Source: Chloroflexota bacterium
Lineage (GTDB): Bacteria; Chloroflexota; Dehalococcoidia; Lucifugimonadales; Lucifugimonadaceae
Direction: 5' to 3'
Length of the DNA: 26,058 nucleotides
Assembly: GCA_002719295.1 (NCBI GenBank)
Contig: PBHC01000015.1
Span: 1 to 26,058, forward strand
In this document: piece by piece, positions 6,487-15,665 of the stretch
Layout of the letters: the number at the start of each line of letters is the position of its first letter
Position numbering within the stretch: position 1 is the stretch's first letter
Position numbers and translations under genes: made by a program
The notes under the pieces: generated by a model
What the model was told of the DNA's origin: nothing
What the model saw: the letters and a program-made list of their open reading frames with translations, nothing else
Databases searched by the model: none

Positions 6487-7349
6487 TGAGTAATATTTTA
6501 GTTACAGGTGGCGCTGGCAGCATGGGACGGCTAGTGGCTGAAAGTCTTATTAGCAAAGGCCATTTTGTTAATATATTTGATATCCCTTCAGCAAATTATG
6601 ATGGATTCGAATCTTTAAAAACTAAAATATTTAAAGGCGACTTAAATGATGAATCTGTAATAGATGCTCTTAAAAACATTGATACTATAATACATTTAGC
6701 TGCAATTTTACCTCCTACTGCAAATACAAATCTAGAGCTTACTAAAAGAGTGAATGTTGATGGAACTAACAATCTTTTAGAAAAAATTAAAAAAATAAAT
6801 CCAAATGTACATTTGATTTTTAGTTCATCTGTAAGTGTGTATGGAAAAAATACTAATAATACACTAATTGATATAAGTTCATCAGTTAATCCAGATGATA
6901 ATTACGCTCAAACCAAATATGATAGTGAAGTTTTAGTTGACACATCTTCTGTAAAAACTACTATCTTAAGAATTTCTGGAGTTTCTATACCAATTTTTCA
7001 AGAGCCACCATCAGAATGGCCATTTTTACCTAATCAACATATAGAATTCGTTCATAGGGATGATGTAGTAACTTCAATATGTAACTCAGTAGGAAACGAA
7101 GAATCCTATAATAAAATATTTAATATTTCCGGAGGTGAAACATGGCAAATAACTGGGGAAAAATATGTGAAAGATTATTTTGAAATTTTAGAAGTTGGTA
7201 TGGAAAATGCAATTTATCAAAAAGACGAAGGGCATTTTTCGTGGTATGAATCAAAAAAATCAAATAAAATATTACAATATCAAAACAATACTTATGAAAA
7301 TTATCTAGAACAGATTAGACAGGATTTAAGTAAATTAATGGGAGAATGA
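6486..7349 (+). CDS. NAD-dependent epimerase/dehydratase (extended SDR)
   Basis: TGGAGSMG, IIHLAA, VNVDGT, SSSVSVYG, catalytic YAQTK, EFVHRDD and FNISGG. GTG start. Confidence 0.9.
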   Translation: MSNILVTGGAGSMGRLVAESLISKGHFVNIFDIPSANYDGFESLKTKIFKGDLNDESVIDALKNIDTIIHLAAILPPTANTNLELTKRVNVDGTNNLLEKIKKINPNVHLIFSSSVSVYGKNTNNTLIDISSSVNPDDNYAQTKYDSEVLVDTSSVKTTILRISGVSIPIFQEPPSEWPFLPNQHIEFVHRDDVVTSICNSVGNEESYNKIFNISGGETWQITGEKYVKDYFEILEVGMENAIYQKDEGHFSWYESKKSNKILQYQNNTYENYLEQIRQDLSKLMGE

Positions 7350-7350
7350 T

Positions 7351-8481
7351 TTGAAAAAAATAGAACAAACTTATGGATACGATGATGTAGCTATAGTCCC
7401 TGGAGAAATAACTCTAAATCCTGAATTAGTAGAAACTAAAACAAAAATAGGCGAATTAGAACTTGATGTTCCAGTACTTGCTTCAGCAATGGATAGCGTA
7501 GTAGATCCTAATTTTGCACAAGAATTATCAAGTCTAGGAGCAGCAGGTGTCATAAATTTAGACGGAATACACGTCAGATATGAAGACACTGAAGAAATAT
7601 ACCAAGAAATCATATCTACTCCTCAAAAAGATGTAACTTCTCTTTTACAAAAAATTTACAATGCTCCAATGAAAGAAAATTTAATTGGAGAAGTAGTAAA
7701 AAAGATTAAAGAATCAGGAGGCAAGTGCTTTGCTTCATTTATTCCTGCCTCTACTAAAAGATTTGCTCCTATTGCAGTTGAAGCTGGATGCGATGCTGTT
7801 GTTGTTCAGTCAACCGTAACAACTGCTAGACATAATTCAAAAAGCTTAGAAGGTCTAATTCTATCAAAATTAGTCGAGTCCCTAAATGTTCCTATTATTG
7901 TTGGAAATACAGTAACTTATAATGTCACCAGAGAGCTAATGGAACAAGGTGTTCATGGTATTTTAGTAGGCGTAGGACCAGGTTCAGCATGTACAAGTAG
8001 AGAAGTTCTAGGTGTTGGTGTCCCACAAATTTCAGCAACTCTCGAATGTTCAAGCGCTAGAGATGATTACTTCAAATTGACAGGTAGATACGTTTCTATA
8101 ATTACCGATGGCGGGATCAGAACAGGTGGTGAATTATGCAAATCTTTTGTTGCAGGAGCTGATACTGTGATGATTGGATCTCCATTCTCAAAAACATTTG
8201 AGTCTCCAGCAAAAGGAAATCATTGGGGAATGGCAACTCCACATGGATCTCTTCCAAGAGGAACAAGAATAGTAAATAATCAAGAATATAGTATAAAAGA
8301 ATTATTATTTGGACCATCTTCAAAAACAGATGGGACAAGAAACTTAGTGGGAGCGTTGAGAGTATGCATGGGAATGATCGGAGCAGAAGACATTATTTCA
8401 ATGCATGATGCAACTTTAATATATGCTCCAACCATTAAAACAGAAGGTAAAAGCTATCAGCTATCTGGATTAGGTTCGTAA
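7351..8481 (+). CDS. GuaB3-family IMP dehydrogenase-related protein (no CBS subdomain)
   Basis: YGYDDVAIVP, ASAMD, catalytic-loop GVGPGSACTSREVLGVGVPQ, DGGIRTGG and HWGMA...LPRG. TTG start with SD ggaga. Confidence 0.88.
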   Translation: MKKIEQTYGYDDVAIVPGEITLNPELVETKTKIGELELDVPVLASAMDSVVDPNFAQELSSLGAAGVINLDGIHVRYEDTEEIYQEIISTPQKDVTSLLQKIYNAPMKENLIGEVVKKIKESGGKCFASFIPASTKRFAPIAVEAGCDAVVVQSTVTTARHNSKSLEGLILSKLVESLNVPIIVGNTVTYNVTRELMEQGVHGILVGVGPGSACTSREVLGVGVPQISATLECSSARDDYFKLTGRYVSIITDGGIRTGGELCKSFVAGADTVMIGSPFSKTFESPAKGNHWGMATPHGSLPRGTRIVNNQEYSIKELLFGPSSKTDGTRNLVGALRVCMGMIGAEDIISMHDATLIYAPTIKTEGKSYQLSGLGS

Positions 8482-8483
8482 AT

Positions 8484-9761
8484 TTGGAATATAAAGCTCA
8501 AAGAGGAACAGTAGACATTCTTCCAAAAGATGAAAATCTTTGGAATTATGTTCAGGAACAATGTTTTTCAGTTTCAAAATCATTTGGTTACAGATATATA
8601 GAAACCCCTATATTTGAAGATTCAAAAATATTTGAAAGAACTGTTGGTGAAGATACAGATATAGTTGAAAAAGAAATGTATACATTTACTGATAAAGGTG
8701 GAGACAATGTTAGCCTAAGACCTGAAAATACTGCTGGTGTTTGTAGAGCATTTATTGAAAATGGATTACATAATGAAACCCTTCCTTCAAGGCTCTTCTA
8801 TTACGGGCCTATGTTTCGATATGAAAGGCCTCAGTCAGGAAGATACAGACAATTTCATCAATTTGGAATTGAATGTATTGGAGATAGCTCATTTGATAAT
8901 GATTTTGAGGTCATAAAATTAGCATGGAATATAATCAAGAGATTTAAAATTCCAAATACTGAACTAAATATTAACTCATTAGGTAATAAGGAAGATAGAG
9001 AAGTATATTCATCAAAATTAAAAGAATATTTTTCTAAATATATAAACGACTTACCAAAAGTAGATAAACTCAGATTTGATAGAGCACCTTTAAGATTATT
9101 AGATTCAAAAGAAGAGATAACAATAAAAATATCTCAAGATGCTCCAAAAACATTAGATTACATATCAAATGAAAGTAAAATTCACCATGAAAATGTAATT
9201 AATAATTTAGAAGAATTAAGTAAATCAGATGAAGATTTCAAGTTCAGAATAAATGACAAATTAGTTAGAGGTTTAGATTATTATAATAAAACTGTTTTTG
9301 AATATGTTAGTGATTCTTCTGGACCCCAAGGTGTACTATTAGGAGGCGGCAGATATGATCCATTAATCAAAATCCTTGGAGGTCCTGATACTCCTGCCGT
9401 AGGATTTGCAATGGGTATTGAAAGAATTGTTAATGAATTAAAAAAAGTTGAAATTAACAGCAAAAGCGATCTTGATATAGTCATAGTAGTATTAGATGAT
9501 AATTTTAGAATTAATGCAGAGAAACTTTCTGATTTATTAAGAAATAATCAATTAAAAACTATTATTGCACCTAGAAGATCTATGAAAGGTCAACTTAGAT
9601 TTGCAAATAATATGAATTCAAAAATTTCAATTATTTTAGGAAAAGATGAAATAAATAATGATTTACTTACAATAAAGTTTCTAAATTCAAAAAAAGATCA
9701 AATACAAATTAAAAATAATGATATGGAAAAAATCAAAAGCCTAATTATTTCTGAGGTATAA
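8484..9761 (+). CDS. hisS: Histidine--tRNA ligase
   Basis: KEMYTF, LRPENTA, FRYERPQSGRYRQFHQ, RGLDYY and GGGRYD. TTG start. Confidence 0.97.
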   Translation: MEYKAQRGTVDILPKDENLWNYVQEQCFSVSKSFGYRYIETPIFEDSKIFERTVGEDTDIVEKEMYTFTDKGGDNVSLRPENTAGVCRAFIENGLHNETLPSRLFYYGPMFRYERPQSGRYRQFHQFGIECIGDSSFDNDFEVIKLAWNIIKRFKIPNTELNINSLGNKEDREVYSSKLKEYFSKYINDLPKVDKLRFDRAPLRLLDSKEEITIKISQDAPKTLDYISNESKIHHENVINNLEELSKSDEDFKFRINDKLVRGLDYYNKTVFEYVSDSSGPQGVLLGGGRYDPLIKILGGPDTPAVGFAMGIERIVNELKKVEINSKSDLDIVIVVLDDNFRINAEKLSDLLRNNQLKTIIAPRRSMKGQLRFANNMNSKISIILGKDEINNDLLTIKFLNSKKDQIQIKNNDMEKIKSLIISEV

Positions 9762-10847
9762 ATGGAAGATTGGATATTAAATAGATTAGATGAAATAAAA
9801 AATCGGTTTGGAGAAATCGAGGTCCTTATGACTAAACAAGAAATTGTTTCTAATCAGTCAGAAATGAAAAAACTTTCTAAAGAATATAAAAATTTAGAAA
9901 AAATAAATAAGTTATGGGATGAGTACAATAAAACATCTATTGAATTAGAAGAAACAAAAGAGATGATGGATTCAGAAGACAATGAAATCTCTGAGTTAGC
10001 GAAATTAGAAAATGATACTTTAAGCAAAAATTTAGAAATACTGTTCAGTGAGTTGAATAAAGAACTAATTCCAAAAGATGCTACTGACGAAGCTGATGCT
10101 ATAGTTGAAATTAGAGCTGGAACTGGCGGAGATGAAGCAGCTATTTTTGGAAATGATCTTTTAAGAATGTATACAAGATATTCTGAAAATAATAAATGGA
10201 AATTAAAAATACTAAGTTCTAATTATAGTGAATTTGGGGGTATCAAAGAAGTTGTTCTAGAAATATCAGGAGAGGGGACTTTTTCAAAACTAAAGCATGA
10301 AAGTGGGGTTCATAGAGTTCAAAGAGTTCCAAAGACAGAATCTCAAGGTAGAATTCATACTTCCACTGCAACTGTTGCAGTATTGCCAAAATCAGAGGAA
10401 ATAGATATAGAAATCAAAGATGATGATATAAGAACAGATGTTTTTCATTCAGGTGGAGCAGGAGGGCAAAATGTCAACAAAGTGGCGACCGCTATAAGAT
10501 TAACTCATAACCCTTCTGGGATTGTTGTACCATGTCAAAATGAAAGATCCCAGCTTCAAAATAAAATGCAAGCGATGGAAATACTTAAGTCAAAATTATG
10601 GGATTTAGAATTACAAAAACAACAAGATGAAATTTCAAAAGCTAGAAAATCTCAAGTTGGTTCAGGTGGAAGGTCTGAAAAAGTTAGAACATATAATTAT
10701 CCTCAAAGTAGAATTACAGACCATAGAATAAATGTAACTGTACATAATTTATCAGAATTTATGGATGGCTTAATAGATGAGCTTATAGGACCCTTAATGA
10801 AAAATGAGCAGGCTCAAAAAATGTTGTCACAAAATCCTTCTAAATGA
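9762..10847 (+). CDS. prfA: Peptide chain release factor 1
   Basis: EIRAGTGGDEA, RF1-specific PxT in VPKTES, GGQ, and EKVRTYNYPQ. Confidence 0.97.
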   Translation: MEDWILNRLDEIKNRFGEIEVLMTKQEIVSNQSEMKKLSKEYKNLEKINKLWDEYNKTSIELEETKEMMDSEDNEISELAKLENDTLSKNLEILFSELNKELIPKDATDEADAIVEIRAGTGGDEAAIFGNDLLRMYTRYSENNKWKLKILSSNYSEFGGIKEVVLEISGEGTFSKLKHESGVHRVQRVPKTESQGRIHTSTATVAVLPKSEEIDIEIKDDDIRTDVFHSGGAGGQNVNKVATAIRLTHNPSGIVVPCQNERSQLQNKMQAMEILKSKLWDLELQKQQDEISKARKSQVGSGGRSEKVRTYNYPQSRITDHRINVTVHNLSEFMDGLIDELIGPLMKNEQAQKMLSQNPSK

Positions 10848-11686
10848 TCACAATTGGTGAAATCAAGAAAAAAATTATAACTTTATTGAATGATAACAAC
10901 ATTCTAGATTCACAATTTGAAGCAATTTCCATGATTTCATTTTCACTAGGAATCAATAACCAAAAAGCTATAATTGAAAACGATTTAGAGATATCAAATG
11001 AAGAAAATAGAACTATAAATAAGCTTCTTGAAAAAAGAATAAATGGTTATCCTTTAGCTTACTTAATAAATGAAAAATATTTTTTTAATGAAAAATTCTT
11101 TGTAAATAAAAATGTGCTAATACCTCGGCAAGAGACGGAAGAATTAATTGAATATTTCTTTTCTTTGAATAGCAAAGAATCTATGAAGAATAGAAATATT
11201 TTAGATATTGGGACTGGAAGTGGTGTTATTTCAATAATATGTAAAAAGAAATATCCTCATTCTAATTTACTTACTATTGATAAAAGCCAGGGAGCAATTG
11301 AAGTAGCAAAAAAAAATGCTGATATAAAAAATGTTTTCATTCAATTTTTTCTTGATAAAATTGAAACTTGCAAAATAGATAATATAGATTTTGTTATTAG
11401 CAATCCTCCATATCTGAAGCAATCAATATTAAAAAATTTACAAACAGAAGTCTTGAAAGAACCTAAATATGCCTTAGATGGTGGAGTTGATGGACTAAAA
11501 ATCATAAACAAAATTTTTGAATGGGAAAAAAATATCAACAAAAATAATGCTTTACAAATAATCATTGAAATTGATGAAAATATTAAGCATGAATCTAAAA
11601 AACTAGCTGAAAGTTTTTATCCAAACAAGAAAGTCCAGATTATAGACGATATTGCAAAAAAACCAAGAATTCTATCTATAATATAA
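10844..11686 (+). CDS. prmC: Release factor glutamine methyltransferase (HemK/PrmC)
   Basis: VLIPRQETE, LDIGTGSG, SNPPY and ALDGGVDGL. 4-nt overlap with prfA. Confidence 0.95.
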   Translation: MITIGEIKKKIITLLNDNNILDSQFEAISMISFSLGINNQKAIIENDLEISNEENRTINKLLEKRINGYPLAYLINEKYFFNEKFFVNKNVLIPRQETEELIEYFFSLNSKESMKNRNILDIGTGSGVISIICKKKYPHSNLLTIDKSQGAIEVAKKNADIKNVFIQFFLDKIETCKIDNIDFVISNPPYLKQSILKNLQTEVLKEPKYALDGGVDGLKIINKIFEWEKNINKNNALQIIIEIDENIKHESKKLAESFYPNKKVQIIDDIAKKPRILSII

Positions 11687-11688
11687 TT

Positions 11689-12084
11689 CTATCTCTTTGT
11701 GTATTGAGGAGCTTTTCTAGCTTTCTTCAAACCATACTTCTTACTCTCTTTGACCCTTGAGTCTCTAGTAAGTAATCCATGAGATTTAAGTTTTGGTCTT
11801 AATTCTTTATCCATCTCACATAATGCTCTTGCAATACCTAGTGAAATAGCCCCTGATTGACCTGAAGCTCCTCCACCATGAATTTTAATTTCAGCAGATA
11901 TTTTTTCTTTATCAACAATTTTTAAAGGTAGAAGCGCAACATTGACCAAATCATCCATTAATAATACTTCTTTTATGGATTTACCGTTCACTTGAATTTT
12001 TCCATTTGTATTAAATATTTTTACTCTAGCAATTGATGATTTTCTTTTACCTGTTCCGTAATAATATGTTTTTTTTGTTGTCAC
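11689..12084 (-). CDS. rpsI: 30S ribosomal protein S9
   Basis: GTGKRKSSIARV, GGG..GQ, and KKYGLKKARKAPQYTKR. GTG start with GAGG SD. Confidence 0.98.
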   Translation of the reverse strand: MTTKKTYYYGTGKRKSSIARVKIFNTNGKIQVNGKSIKEVLLMDDLVNVALLPLKIVDKEKISAEIKIHGGGASGQSGAISLGIARALCEMDKELRPKLKSHGLLTRDSRVKESKKYGLKKARKAPQYTKR

Positions 12085-12097
12085 TCTTTACCTCTTT

Positions 12098-12529
12098 TTA
12101 TTTATTCTCAATTTGAGCTTGATGAGGATGTTCACTTCCTGAATAAATTTTCAATCTCTTCAACATCCTTGCTGACAATTTATTCTTTGGAAGCATTCCC
12201 TTAACTGCTTTTGTAATAATATATTCTGGTTTTCTATCTATAAGGTTAGAAAAAGTTTTCACTTTAGTACTACCAGGTCTTGTTGAATGGGTTATATACT
12301 CCTTGTCAGAATATTTTTTTCCAGTCACTTTTATTTTTGATGAATTAATTAAAATAACAAAATCACCTGTAATATCATTAGGGATATATCCGGGCTTATT
12401 CTTCCCCATTAGAATCATAGCAATTTTAGATGCCAAGCGACCTAATGTTTCGCCATCTGCATCAATTAGAACCCAATTTTCTGAGTTATTTTTTTCTTTT
12501 ATAGAATAGTGTTTTAATTTATTAATCAT
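12098..12529 (-). CDS. rplM: 50S ribosomal protein L13
   Basis: WVLIDA..LGRLAS, GDFVILIN, AVKGMLPKN and HPHQAQ. Confidence 0.98.
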   Translation of the reverse strand: MINKLKHYSIKEKNNSENWVLIDADGETLGRLASKIAMILMGKNKPGYIPNDITGDFVILINSSKIKVTGKKYSDKEYITHSTRPGSTKVKTFSNLIDRKPEYIITKAVKGMLPKNKLSARMLKRLKIYSGSEHPHQAQIENK

Positions 12530-12568
12530 TTTTTTTTTACTAGGTTTCCATTTTACACTTTTTTTTTA

Positions 12569-12922
12569 CTAATCAACTAGTTCCAATATAGCTATTTCAG
12601 CATTGTCACCCTGTCTTGTTCCCAAAGGAACAATTCTTGAGTACCCACCATTTCTTTCTGTAAATTTTTCAGAGACATTTTCAAACAGATGATCAACGAC
12701 CGCTTTGTTTAAAATAAACTCAGATACTTTTCTTATTGAGTTAAAATCTTTGGTTTTAGAAAGAGTTATCATTTTTTCAAGAATTGGTCTTGCTTCTTTT
12801 GCTTTAGCTTTAGTCGTTCTTATTCTTCCATGCATTATCGCATCAGAAACTAAATTCCTCAACAAAGCTTTTCTTTGATTGGATGGTCTGCTTAATTTAT
12901 TTTTAGATAATCTATGTCTCAT
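12569..12922 (-). CDS. rplQ: 50S ribosomal protein L17
   Basis: MRH...R, TTKAKAKE, RNGGYSRI and RQGDNA. Confidence 0.98.
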   Translation of the reverse strand: MRHRLSKNKLSRPSNQRKALLRNLVSDAIMHGRIRTTKAKAKEARPILEKMITLSKTKDFNSIRKVSEFILNKAVVDHLFENVSEKFTERNGGYSRIVPLGTRQGDNAEIAILELVD

Positions 12923-12947
12923 TTTATCCTCGTATATAACTGAATTA

Positions 12948-13922
12948 TTAACTTTGCGGAAGCATATTTCTTTCTGCTAGAACATCAAATAATTCATCTA
13001 AAGATTTCCTTCCAAAATTTCTAATCTTCAACAAATCACCTTCAGGCATAGCAATGACTTCTCCAACCCTATTTATTCCAGCCCTCTTTAGACAATTGAG
13101 TGTCCTTGCAGACAGATCTAACGTCTCTACAGGAGTGTTATAAATATCAGGGCTAATACCAAGTCCTGCTGCAGGATTTTGTTCTTCAGCAGCTTGATCA
13201 AATTTACTAAATACATAAAAGCTATCCATCAATGTTTCTGAGGCTTTTTGTAAAGCAGATTGAGGATCTATTGTTCCATCAGTCCAAATTTCTAAAGTTA
13301 ATCTTTCCCAGTCAGATCTTTGGCCAACTCGTGTAGGTTGAACTGAAAAATTTGCCTTTTTAATAGGAGTAAAGACTGAGTCTATTGGCAATATTCCAAT
13401 ATTGGAATCAAATTCGTCAGATGCTCTTCTATAACCTTGCCCTTGCTCTACACTAAATTCTACTGATAAATGGGCATCAGGGGAATCTAAAGTTGCTAAA
13501 TGATGGCCTGGATTAACAATTTCAAAATCAGCAGTAGCCATTATATCTCCTGCCTTAACTTCACCTTCTCCATCAACTTCAAGCCTAAGACGACCTGTTC
13601 TGTCAGATAAAGATCTTAATCGTATTCCTTTGGCATTCATCAAAAATTCATTTACTTCTTCTCTCATACCCTTGAGTGTTGAGTATTCATGTTGAATTCC
13701 TTCAATTTTAACCCAGTTTATTGCTGTACCAGGAAGTGCTGATAATAGAGCTCTTCTTAAAGGGTTACCCAAGGTTACTCCCCAGCCTTTATCAAGAGGT
13801 TCTGCTATGAATTTCCCATAGGTTTCACCGCCCTCTATCATTCTGATAGAAAGTTCAGGAACCTCAGGTTCAGAAACAGAAATATTGTCAATTGGCGATA
13901 ACCCAAATTGTTTTTCTAACAT
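12948..13922 (-). CDS. rpoA: DNA-directed RNA polymerase subunit alpha
   Basis: EPL..G.G.TLGNPLRRALLS, HEYST, LEIWTDG, and alpha-CTD LSARTLNCLKRAG..NFGRKSL. Confidence 0.98.
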   Translation of the reverse strand: MLEKQFGLSPIDNISVSEPEVPELSIRMIEGGETYGKFIAEPLDKGWGVTLGNPLRRALLSALPGTAINWVKIEGIQHEYSTLKGMREEVNEFLMNAKGIRLRSLSDRTGRLRLEVDGEGEVKAGDIMATADFEIVNPGHHLATLDSPDAHLSVEFSVEQGQGYRRASDEFDSNIGILPIDSVFTPIKKANFSVQPTRVGQRSDWERLTLEIWTDGTIDPQSALQKASETLMDSFYVFSKFDQAAEEQNPAAGLGISPDIYNTPVETLDLSARTLNCLKRAGINRVGEVIAMPEGDLLKIRNFGRKSLDELFDVLAERNMLPQS

Positions 13923-13925
13923 TTA

Positions 13926-14507
13926 TTACCTCCTTGAATAGTATTCAACTATTTGCCTAGTATCAATCTCAAGCTCAGCGTCAGAAGCAGATGGAAGATT
14001 GTTTATTTGTACAGAAAGTGCTACTTTATCGAAAGATAACCATTTAGCACATTGATTGTTTTTAATATTTTCACTTGCTATTTGAAATAAGCTAGAATTT
14101 TTAGATTTTTCTTTCCAAGTAATCTTATCTCCCTGCTTAATTTCATATGAAGGAATATTTACTTTTTTATCATTGATCAAAAAGTGGCCATGATTGACTG
14201 CTTGTCTTGATTGCCTTCTTGTGTTAAACATTCCTGTTCTAAACATCACATTATCAAATCTTTTTTCAAGTAATATTAGAAGTTCATCACCAGTTGAACC
14301 TTCTATATTTGATGCTTTATCATAATAATTTCTAAATTGACGTTCAAGAATTCCATATAAAAATCTTGCTTTTTGCTTTTCTCTCAATTGTAGACCGTAT
14401 GGAGACAGCCTTCTTCTTGGAGACATTCTGTTTTTTCCAGGTTTTGTAGCCATTTCTAAGCCTAAAAACCTCATTTTTTTGTTAACTGGACCTGTGTATC
14501 TAGCCAT
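13926..14507 (-). CDS. rpsD: 30S ribosomal protein S4 (zinc-free, short N-domain)
   Basis: MARYTGP, YGLQLREKQK, LEKRFDN, VNIPSY and IVEYYSR. Confidence 0.97.
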   Translation of the reverse strand: MARYTGPVNKKMRFLGLEMATKPGKNRMSPRRRLSPYGLQLREKQKARFLYGILERQFRNYYDKASNIEGSTGDELLILLEKRFDNVMFRTGMFNTRRQSRQAVNHGHFLINDKKVNIPSYEIKQGDKITWKEKSKNSSLFQIASENIKNNQCAKWLSFDKVALSVQINNLPSASDAELEIDTRQIVEYYSRR

Positions 14508-14531
14508 AAAATTTCCCGTTCTAAATTATAT

Positions 14532-14915
14532 TTAAACTCTTCTTTTCTTTGGAGGCCTGCATCCATTATGCGGAACAGGAGTTACATCTTTAATTGAAAC
14601 AACTCTAATGCCTGCATGTTGAATAGCTCTAATAGCAGCTTCTCTTCCTGCCCCAGGACCTTTTACGAAAACATCTACAGTTTTCATACCAAGTTCAACT
14701 GCTGTTTCTGCTGCTGTTTCTCCTGCTTTCTGAGCTGCAAAAGCAGTGGATTTTCTTGAACCTCTAAACCCTTTAGCTCCAGCACTACTTTGCGCAATAA
14801 CATTTCCACTATTATCAGTCATAGTGATTATAGTGTTATTAAAAGTAGCTTTCACATATGCGTTACCTTGAGGAACGAAAACTTTTTCTTTTTTTCTTGT
14901 TCTATTTCTAGCCAT
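14532..14915 (-). CDS. rpsK: 30S ribosomal protein S11
   Basis: [25 protein letters not shown] and [18 protein letters not shown]. Confidence 0.98.
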   Translation of the reverse strand: MARNRTRKKEKVFVPQGNAYVKATFNNTIITMTDNSGNVIAQSSAGAKGFRGSRKSTAFAAQKAGETAAETAVELGMKTVDVFVKGPGAGREAAIRAIQHAGIRVVSIKDVTPVPHNGCRPPKKRRV

Positions 14916-14929
14916 TTATACCTTCTATA

Positions 14930-15310
14930 CTAGTGAGTTAATTTCTTTTTATTGGCAATTGTTCGTCTCTTACCTTTTTTTGTTCTTGCGTTAGTTTTAG
15001 TTCTTTGACCATTTGCAGGCAAACCATTTTTATGTCTCAATCCTCTATAGCTACCTATGTCACCTAGTCTTCTGATATTTAATTGAACTTCTCTTCGCAA
15101 ATCTCCTTCTATTCTTATTTGAGATCTTTCTATAGCACTTCTTATTCTTGCTATCTCATCTTCTTGAAGATCTTTAACTCGTGTATTTAGGTCTATGCCA
15201 ACATCAGAAATGATTTTTTTTGATGTTGATCTTCCTATACCACTAATTGCAGTTAGTCCTATTTCAACTCTTTGAGAATCAGGTATATTTACCCCTGCCA
15301 ACATTGCCAT
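14930..15310 (-). CDS. rpsM: 30S ribosomal protein S13
   Basis: [21 protein letters not shown] and [13 protein letters not shown]. Confidence 0.98.
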   Translation of the reverse strand: MAMLAGVNIPDSQRVEIGLTAISGIGRSTSKKIISDVGIDLNTRVKDLQEDEIARIRSAIERSQIRIEGDLRREVQLNIRRLGDIGSYRGLRHKNGLPANGQRTKTNARTKKGKRRTIANKKKLTH

Positions 15311-15314
15311 TTGC

Positions 15315-15431
15315 TTATCCTTGAACTTGTTTAAACCTTGGGTTTTTTTTATTTATAATTCTTACTCTGCCTTTTCTTCTAATTATTTGATCATCGGCAC
15401 TTCGTTTTTTTATAGATGCTCTTTTTTTCAT
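15315..15431 (-). CDS. rpmJ: 50S ribosomal protein L36, zinc-free (C-) type; absent from the ORF track
   Basis: Hand translation gives [38 protein letters not shown] (38 aa), at the canonical position between infA and rpsM. Confidence 0.95.
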   Translation of the reverse strand: MKKRASIKKRSADDQIIRRKGRVRIINKKNPRFKQVQG

Positions 15432-15446
15432 ATTTTTCTCACAGTA

Positions 15447-15665
15447 TTATTTGAATCTGTATGTTATTCTTCCTCTTGTTAAATCATAGGGAGACAGCTC
15501 TACTAGAACTCTGTCTCCTGGTAATATTCTTATATAATTTTTTCTAATTTTTCCTGACGCATGTGCCAAAACTTCATGTCCATTAGCTAACTCAACTTTA
15601 AAAGTAGTATTAGGAAGAGCTTCCTCAACCTTCCCTTCTACTTCTATTGCTTCTTTTTTTGCCAT
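15447..15665 (-). CDS. infA: Translation initiation factor IF-1
   Basis: [20 protein letters not shown] and [13 protein letters not shown]. Confidence 0.98.
   Translation of the reverse strand: MAKKEAIEVEGKVEEALPNTTFKVELANGHEVLAHASGKIRKNYIRILPGDRVLVELSPYDLTRGRITYRFK

Noticed and set aside
7351..8481. Calling this gene canonical guaB or guaC
   Set aside because: Its motifs and lack of a CBS subdomain fit the GuaB3-like family. IMPDH versus GMP reductase activity cannot be decided from sequence alone.
9762..10847. Programmed frameshift as in prfB
   Set aside because: The ORF is continuous and has the RF1 PxT motif, so it is prfA.
4587..11565. Short antisense ORFs (4587-4817, 5690-5914, 7371-7613, 8117-8338, 9281-9484, 11341-11565)
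   Set aside because: Antisense shadows of well-supported genes, with no motifs.
12540..12551. Mini-ORF ATG-GAA-ACC-TAG upstream of rplM
   Set aside because: No SD, and a three-codon ORF is expected by chance.
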